DNA of 64,000 bases from an uncultured Gemmatimonadaceae bacterium. GTDB lineage: Bacteria; Gemmatimonadota; Gemmatimonadetes; Gemmatimonadales; Gemmatimonadaceae. Under the pieces are notes generated by a model, which did no database searches, was not told the origin of the DNA, and saw only the letters and a program-made list of their open reading frames with translations. Positions 58,911-64,000 of the stretch are shown one piece after another; within the stretch, counting starts at the first letter, position 1; each line of letters opens with the position of its first letter. Made by a program: the position numbers and the translations under genes. The stretch lies in contig CAVUDW010000003.1 of NCBI GenBank assembly GCA_963740355.1, forward strand, positions 1,568,001 to 1,632,000. Direction: 5' to 3'.

Positions 58911-59852
58911 ATGTCGCTCGCCATCCGCTTCCTCGGTACCTCTGCCGCACGCCCCACGGTGGAGCGGAACGTCACATCGATTGCGCTCTCCCGTGAAGGA
59001 GAAACGCTGCTCTTCGACTGTGGCGAGGGGACCCAGCGACAGATGATGCGGTACGGCGTTGGCTTCACCACCAACGAGATCTTTTTCACGCACTTCCACA
59101 CCGACCACCTCCTTGGCCTGGTCGGCCTGACGCGCACCATGGCCCTGCAGGGCCGCACCGAGGTTTTGCGCCTCTACGGCCCGGTCGGTGGGCACAAGGC
59201 GTTGCGGGCGTGCATCGCGTTTGGGGGCGAGCGCCTCACATTCCCGGTAGAAATTGCCGAGCTGGACGGCGGCGCAGTCCTCGACCGGAAGGACTACGCC
59301 ATCCATGCCATCGAAGCCGACCATCGAGGCGCGATCGCACTGGGATACGCGCTGGTCGAAAAGACGAGATTAGGACGATTCAATCCTGAATTGGCGCGGG
59401 CCATCGGCATACCCGAAGGTCCGTTGTGGGGACAACTGCATCGCGGCCTGACCGTGACCCTGCCGGATGGCCGTGAAATCGCGGCACAGACGCTGGTCGG
59501 ACAGCCACGCGCTGGGCGCAAGATCGTGATTTCTGGCGACACGCGACCAACTCGAGCGCTGCAAATAATGGCGGAACGCGCTGATATATTGGTCCATGAA
59601 GCGACCTTTGGCGATGACGAAGCGGCGCGTGCCATCGAGACCGGGCACAGCACCGCCCGTGAGGCGGCAACGCTGGCCCGTGACGCCGATGTACGCCGCC
59701 TGCTACTGACGCATTTCTCGGCGCGCTACTCGCGTGATCCCGGCGAGCTGGTGACGCAGGCGCACGAAATCTTCGGCGCCACCGTGGCCGCCCGCGACGG
59801 CCTCGAGATCGAAGTCCCGTTCGAGGCCGAGCTCTCGACACCCGTCGGCTGA
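58911..59852 (+). CDS. rnz: Ribonuclease Z
   Basis: FLGTSAA.P...RN, FDCGEGTQ, THFHTDH, GP.W exosite arm, SGDT, HEATF, GHST, THFS.RY. Confidence 0.96.
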   Translation: MSLAIRFLGTSAARPTVERNVTSIALSREGETLLFDCGEGTQRQMMRYGVGFTTNEIFFTHFHTDHLLGLVGLTRTMALQGRTEVLRLYGPVGGHKALRACIAFGGERLTFPVEIAELDGGAVLDRKDYAIHAIEADHRGAIALGYALVEKTRLGRFNPELARAIGIPEGPLWGQLHRGLTVTLPDGREIAAQTLVGQPRAGRKIVISGDTRPTRALQIMAERADILVHEATFGDDEAARAIETGHSTAREAATLARDADVRRLLLTHFSARYSRDPGELVTQAHEIFGATVAARDGLEIEVPFEAELSTPVG

Positions 59853-59876
59853 CGGGCGTCATCGCCCCTCAGGAGA

Positions 59877-60356
59877 CTAGGATCGCGAGGGATCGTCCTC
59901 GTCGGACTCCTCGATATCCAGCACGACCTCGGCGTCACGCCCTTCCCAACGCGTCACACGCTCTTCGCCCGGCTGCCACAACAGCCGCGCCGGAATGCCG
60001 TCGACGACCGCCAGCCATTCCACCTTCCCGGAACGCGGCGAGCGGCAGGTTGCACCCAGTGGGGTCAGCTCGAGGCGCAAGGCCTCGACGTCGGCGGCAC
60101 GCGTTTTCACTTCGCGCCGGGCCGTGCGTGCCAGTGCCGAATCCATATCGACATCAAATGCGGCCAATACGGTGTCGTAGCGGGTGACGGCTGCGCGCCA
60201 CGCCTCCCATGCCACGCGAAGGTCGGCCACGATGCGCGTGACCAGTGGGAGCATCTGGGTCGCCAGCTCCATCGTCATCGGTGCGGCGTCAGGACGCGGA
60301 CCGATGGCCACGGGCAGTGGACGTGCACCCGAGCTCGAATCTCCGCCGATCGTCAT
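59877..60356 (-). CDS. DUF2203-like protein
   Basis: T.E.A..MLP.V..IV.DL, E...LG, G.V.W, L.W..GE..V..W; ATGA overlap with the upstream gene. Confidence 0.7.
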   Translation of the reverse strand: MTIGGDSSSGARPLPVAIGPRPDAAPMTMELATQMLPLVTRIVADLRVAWEAWRAAVTRYDTVLAAFDVDMDSALARTARREVKTRAADVEALRLELTPLGATCRSPRSGKVEWLAVVDGIPARLLWQPGEERVTRWEGRDAEVVLDIEESDEDDPSRS

Positions 60357-61522
60357 AGTGCCGCCTGCCTGGCTGCGGTGGGGCGCGCACGGCCACGCAG
60401 CGACGCTGCACGAACCGTTTCGGAATAATAGCCGGATTCCGTGAAGGCGCGCTCGAGCGCCCGCCGCCACGTCCCCTGCGGCTGCACCAGCGAATCACCG
60501 AGCGCGATGACTCGACGCAGGGGACCACGCATCCGCGTCACGGCACGCGCGCCCGATGGCGTACGCACCGACACCGACGCGACCTCGGCGCTGTCGTACT
60601 GCACGTCCAGCGCCAGAGTGCCGACCTCGAATCGCGAACTGGAATCCGGCATCTGCCGCGGTAGCGCCCGACGCGCGAGCGACCACCACGACGGTGTCGC
60701 GATGGCGATCGGCTCGAGGGTGAATCGGTGCGTGTCACGCGCCTCGTCGATCACCTGCTCGTCATGCACGAGGAACGCCACCGCCAGCGAATCGCCAGCG
60801 CGCGTGAGCGAGAAGCTGAGTGAGTCGACGATCAACTGCGAGAGCGCACGACTGGCAGCCTTGCCGACTGGGCCCGCGCGCCGACCGGCAAGTGCCACCG
60901 CCGCCGCGAAGTTCTGGTGCACCATCGCAAGTGTGCCTGCCGCTTGCGGTGCCGAGATCACCTGCGCCAGGGAGAGCCGGCGCGCCGTCAGCAGGTCGAC
61001 CGTCGCGCGATAGGTGTCGTGTGTGCCAAGCTCGCCAACCATGCGATCGAGGTGCACATCCATGCCGATCGTGGATCCGATCACTGCCAGCGGCGTGATG
61101 CTCGATTCACTGGACCGTGCACCTTCCTGTGGCGGCTCGTCTTCGTCGAGGCGTTCGGCCTCAGGGTGTGCCCGCACGTAGGTCATCAACTGCCGAATGA
61201 CCGACGAGTCCGCGAACACGAGCGTGCTGTCGCCGGTGACGAGGTCGCGCCGGAAGACACGGCTGACGAGAAAGGTCGCGTCCTCGAAATTGACTGGCTC
61301 CTCGGCGACGTACACCTCGATCAGCCGACCGGCGAGCGTCGCCACGAGCAGGGGCGCCCGCTGGACGATCACCGTGTCCGCAGAGGTCCGCACCCACGCC
61401 GTGGAATCATCGGATACGAGCAGGAATTCCGCCTCCGGCCGCGCACCGGTTCGCGGCGTGGGAGAGCATGCGGTCAACAACAGCCCGACGATGGCGCATC
61501 CCGCCCGCCAGAACAGACTCAC
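60353..61522 (-). CDS. Hypothetical lipoprotein
   Basis: Lipobox LLTAC; translationally coupled on both sides. Confidence 0.75.
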   Translation of the reverse strand: MSLFWRAGCAIVGLLLTACSPTPRTGARPEAEFLLVSDDSTAWVRTSADTVIVQRAPLLVATLAGRLIEVYVAEEPVNFEDATFLVSRVFRRDLVTGDSTLVFADSSVIRQLMTYVRAHPEAERLDEDEPPQEGARSSESSITPLAVIGSTIGMDVHLDRMVGELGTHDTYRATVDLLTARRLSLAQVISAPQAAGTLAMVHQNFAAAVALAGRRAGPVGKAASRALSQLIVDSLSFSLTRAGDSLAVAFLVHDEQVIDEARDTHRFTLEPIAIATPSWWSLARRALPRQMPDSSSRFEVGTLALDVQYDSAEVASVSVRTPSGARAVTRMRGPLRRVIALGDSLVQPQGTWRRALERAFTESGYYSETVRAASLRGRARPTAARQAAL

Positions 61523-62421
61523 GATCGGAGCTCGACCCCGGCCCAGCGCTCGACGAGCTTCACCGCTTCGACGTGATCGACTTCGTCGCCAAGCTCCAGA
61601 TGCGCGATCCGCATCAGGTCAGCGGCCAATTGCAGCGTCGGTGCGGGCGTCTTCTGGCTGCGCGCCATGGCGGCGGCGATGCCCGCGTCCTTGTCCAGCA
61701 GCGCCAGTCGGAAGGTGCGCGGGAAGGCTCCCGTCAGCACCCGCTCGGGAAAGAGATTCATCGAGGCGTTGGAGCGCCCCGACGAGGCATTGATCACATC
61801 GAGCGCGACCTCTGGCTTGACGCCGGCCTTCATGGCGGCGACCAGCCCTTCGGCGGTGGACCAGATGTGCAGGGCGAGCAGCGCGTTGTTCACCGCCTTC
61901 AGCGCATGACCAGCACCGACCTCGCCGCAATGCACGATCTTGCCGGCGAAACTGTCGAGGGCCGGACGCGCACGCTCCAGCGCCTCAGCTGCGCCGCCCA
62001 CCATCACCGTCAACTTGCCCGCCTCGGCACCGACCACACCGCCACTCACGGGGGCATCGATGAATGCGATGCCGCGCGTGGCGAGATCGGCAGCGATGCG
62101 ACGACTGCTGTCGGGATCGCCCGACGTACAATCCACGAACAGCATGCCGGGCTTCAGCGCGTCTCGCATGGCGTAGTCGTTCGCGGCCAGAAGCGCGTCG
62201 ACATCAGCTGATTCCGGCAAGCAGGTGATGACGATGTCTGCGCCACGGACCGCGTCGGCAGCCGACGTCGCGACACGCGCACCGCCGATGGCCGCGGCAC
62301 TGCCGCTGGCCTTCTCGATGGTGCGATTCCAGATGGTGAGCGAGTGCCCGACGCGTGCCAGATGGCCCGCCATGGGGGCGCCAATGGCGCCGAGTCCGAG
62401 AAACGCAACAGAAAGTGGCAT
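61519..62421 (-). CDS. NAD(P)-dependent oxidoreductase, 3-hydroxyisobutyrate dehydrogenase family
   Basis: GLGAIG.PMA, WNRT, DAPVSGG, K.VNN, KD. Confidence 0.93.
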   Translation of the reverse strand: MPLSVAFLGLGAIGAPMAGHLARVGHSLTIWNRTIEKASGSAAAIGGARVATSAADAVRGADIVITCLPESADVDALLAANDYAMRDALKPGMLFVDCTSGDPDSSRRIAADLATRGIAFIDAPVSGGVVGAEAGKLTVMVGGAAEALERARPALDSFAGKIVHCGEVGAGHALKAVNNALLALHIWSTAEGLVAAMKAGVKPEVALDVINASSGRSNASMNLFPERVLTGAFPRTFRLALLDKDAGIAAAMARSQKTPAPTLQLAADLMRIAHLELGDEVDHVEAVKLVERWAGVELRS

Positions 62422-62457
62422 GACCAAAGCTAGCCTCCTCGTGGAATAGCTTTGGTC

Positions 62458-62694
62458 ATGCGAACCATCGTGACTGTGGAAGGGATGCGAGCCGTGCACT
62501 GTGTGCGGGCGGTCCAGACGGCCCTGGCGATGGTCCCCGGCATTACCTGGTGCGATGTCACGATGGGCCGCGTCGAGGTGGAACACGACGGTCAGGCGAG
62601 CGACGCGGCATTCCGCGAGGCGATCGGTGTGGCGGGGTTCGCGGTGCGTGAGGTCCGGGCCGAGCGCCGCCTGCCGATCGTCGGCGAGCCGTGA
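62458..62694 (+). CDS. Heavy-metal-associated (CopZ-like) domain protein
   Basis: VEGM..HC..AV..AL..VPG...AI..AGF; first Cys of CxxC absent. Confidence 0.8.
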   Translation: MRTIVTVEGMRAVHCVRAVQTALAMVPGITWCDVTMGRVEVEHDGQASDAAFREAIGVAGFAVREVRAERRLPIVGEP

Positions 62695-62860
62695 CGGGCG
62701 CCGGGGTTACCCCACGTGGCAGGCCGGCCTAACTTGGCCCAACGCCGCTGCACCTCCGGTGCGATGGCGTTGGCTCACGGCGACCGGACGGTCGTCTTCC
62801 CTTCCGTGACGTCGGTTGTCTCGCCCCCGTTGGCCGAGCGACTGCCCGAATGACCGGCAC

Positions 62861-64000
62861 ATGATTGCCAAGAAGCGACGCGACGACGATCTGCCGATCG
62901 CCGCTCTGCTTGCACCGGACATTCTGGCGCTCCTCGACGAGGCGCCGGAAGCGGTAGCCGCGGAGACGGAGGAGATGCATCCGGCCGACCTGGCGGATGT
63001 CGCCGAGGCGATCCCGCGCGACAAGGTCGTCCCCCTCCTGAACGCACTCGGCGCCGAACGCGCGGCAGATGTGCTGGAGTACCTGGACGAGGATCTCCGC
63101 AGCGACGTCCTCGAGACGATGACGACGCGCCAGGCGGCGCAGCTCATCACCGAGATGACGCCGGACGATCGCGCCGCCGCCCTCGACGAGCTCGAGGAGG
63201 AGGTCGCCGACGAGATCCTCTCCGCCCTGCCGCCAGAGCAACAGCGCGAGACCGAGCAGCTGTTGGCGTACGACGAGGACACGGCCGGCGGCTTGATGAC
63301 GACCGAATTCGTCTCGGTGCCAAGCTCGCAGCGGGTCGAGGATGCCCTCGCCAGCGTGCGTGCCATCGCGCGCATCGGTCGCAAGGAAGCGATGTACACG
63401 ATCTACAGCACCGACGACGTGGGCCGGGTGAACGGCGTGATGTCGTTGCGCGAGTTGCTGGCCGCACCGGACGGCGCCGTTGTCTCGGAAATCGCCTGGT
63501 CCGAAGTTGTGACGGTGACCGTGCACGCCGGTCGCGAGGAGATCGTCGAACGCACCTCGAAGTACGATCTCGTGGCGGTACCGGTGGTGGACGAGAACAT
63601 GCGACTCGTGGGTGTGGTCACGGTCGACGACGTCATCGACATCGTGCAGGAAGACGCCACCGAAGACGTGCAGAAGCTCGGTGGTATGGAAGCGCTCGAT
63701 GATCCGTACATCGACACCGGCTTCTTCACGCTGCTGCGCAAGCGCGCCAGCTGGCTGACGATCCTGTTCATCGGCGAGATGTTCACCGCGGTGGCGATGG
63801 GCCGATTCGAAGGCGAGATCCAGCGCGCTGCGGTGCTCGCGCTGTTCGTGCCACTGATCATCAGTTCCGGCGGCAACTCCGGCTCGCAGGCCACCTCGCT
63901 GCTGATTCGTGCGCTGGCGCTTCGTGAAGTCCGACTTCGCGACTGGTGGCGGGTCGCCATGCGCGAGTTGCCCAGCGGCCTGCTGCTGGGCGCACTGCTT
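62861..64000 (+). CDS. mgtE: Magnesium transporter (runs off window end)
   Basis: HPADLAD, M.PDD, Y.EDTAGG.MT, CBS pair, KYD..A.PVVD, TVDD, GGNSGSQA; translated manually. Confidence 0.95.
   Translation, partial: MIAKKRRDDDLPIAALLAPDILALLDEAPEAVAAETEEMHPADLADVAEAIPRDKVVPLLNALGAERAADVLEYLDEDLRSDVLETMTTRQAAQLITEMTPDDRAAALDELEEEVADEILSALPPEQQRETEQLLAYDEDTAGGLMTTEFVSVPSSQRVEDALASVRAIARIGRKEAMYTIYSTDDVGRVNGVMSLRELLAAPDGAVVSEIAWSEVVTVTVHAGREEIVERTSKYDLVAVPVVDENMRLVGVVTVDDVIDIVQEDATEDVQKLGGMEALDDPYIDTGFFTLLRKRASWLTILFIGEMFTAVAMGRFEGEIQRAAVLALFVPLIISSGGNSGSQATSLLIRALALREVRLRDWWRVAMRELPSGLLLGALL

Noticed and set aside
62695..62860. Riboswitches (M-box before mgtE, preQ1 before queC, yybP-ykoY before terC)
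   Set aside because: No recognisable consensus elements by eye; an Rfam/Infernal scan would be needed.

Overview
GC-rich bacterial chromosomal window. Gene content (TIGR02999-type ECF sigma factor paired with a Ser/Thr kinase, many secreted hydrolases and lipoproteins) suggests Gemmatimonadota; this is inference. The left ~38 kb and right ~9 kb look like housekeeping or envelope genes: terC, chrA, queCED, ECF-STK pair, S9 and M3 peptidases, MFS, two hybrid histidine kinases, OmpA, ABC pair, DUF853 ATPase, an 11-repeat Cys-rich lipoprotein, a PHP-DUF3108 fusion, GT39, class II photolyase, rnz and mgtE. About 38.5-54.7 kb is accessory. The most striking structure is a tandem array of small (3.5-4.1 kb) cassettes without a recognisable integrase, downstream of tRNA-Gln(CTG). 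Each is bounded by an exact 42-bp copy of the tRNA 3' half starting at the anticodon loop, with a homologous ~50-bp arm on one side and a related hairpin on the other. A possible degenerate third cassette carries the 'mobile mystery' HTH/Fic pair, which has a perfect 18-bp palindrome over its -10 box. Other notable non-coding features are a DnaA-box cluster away from any dnaA gene, three REP/BIME-like repeat families, clear TetR operators and an internally deleted ybaL. All product calls come from motif recognition by eye; no database search was run.
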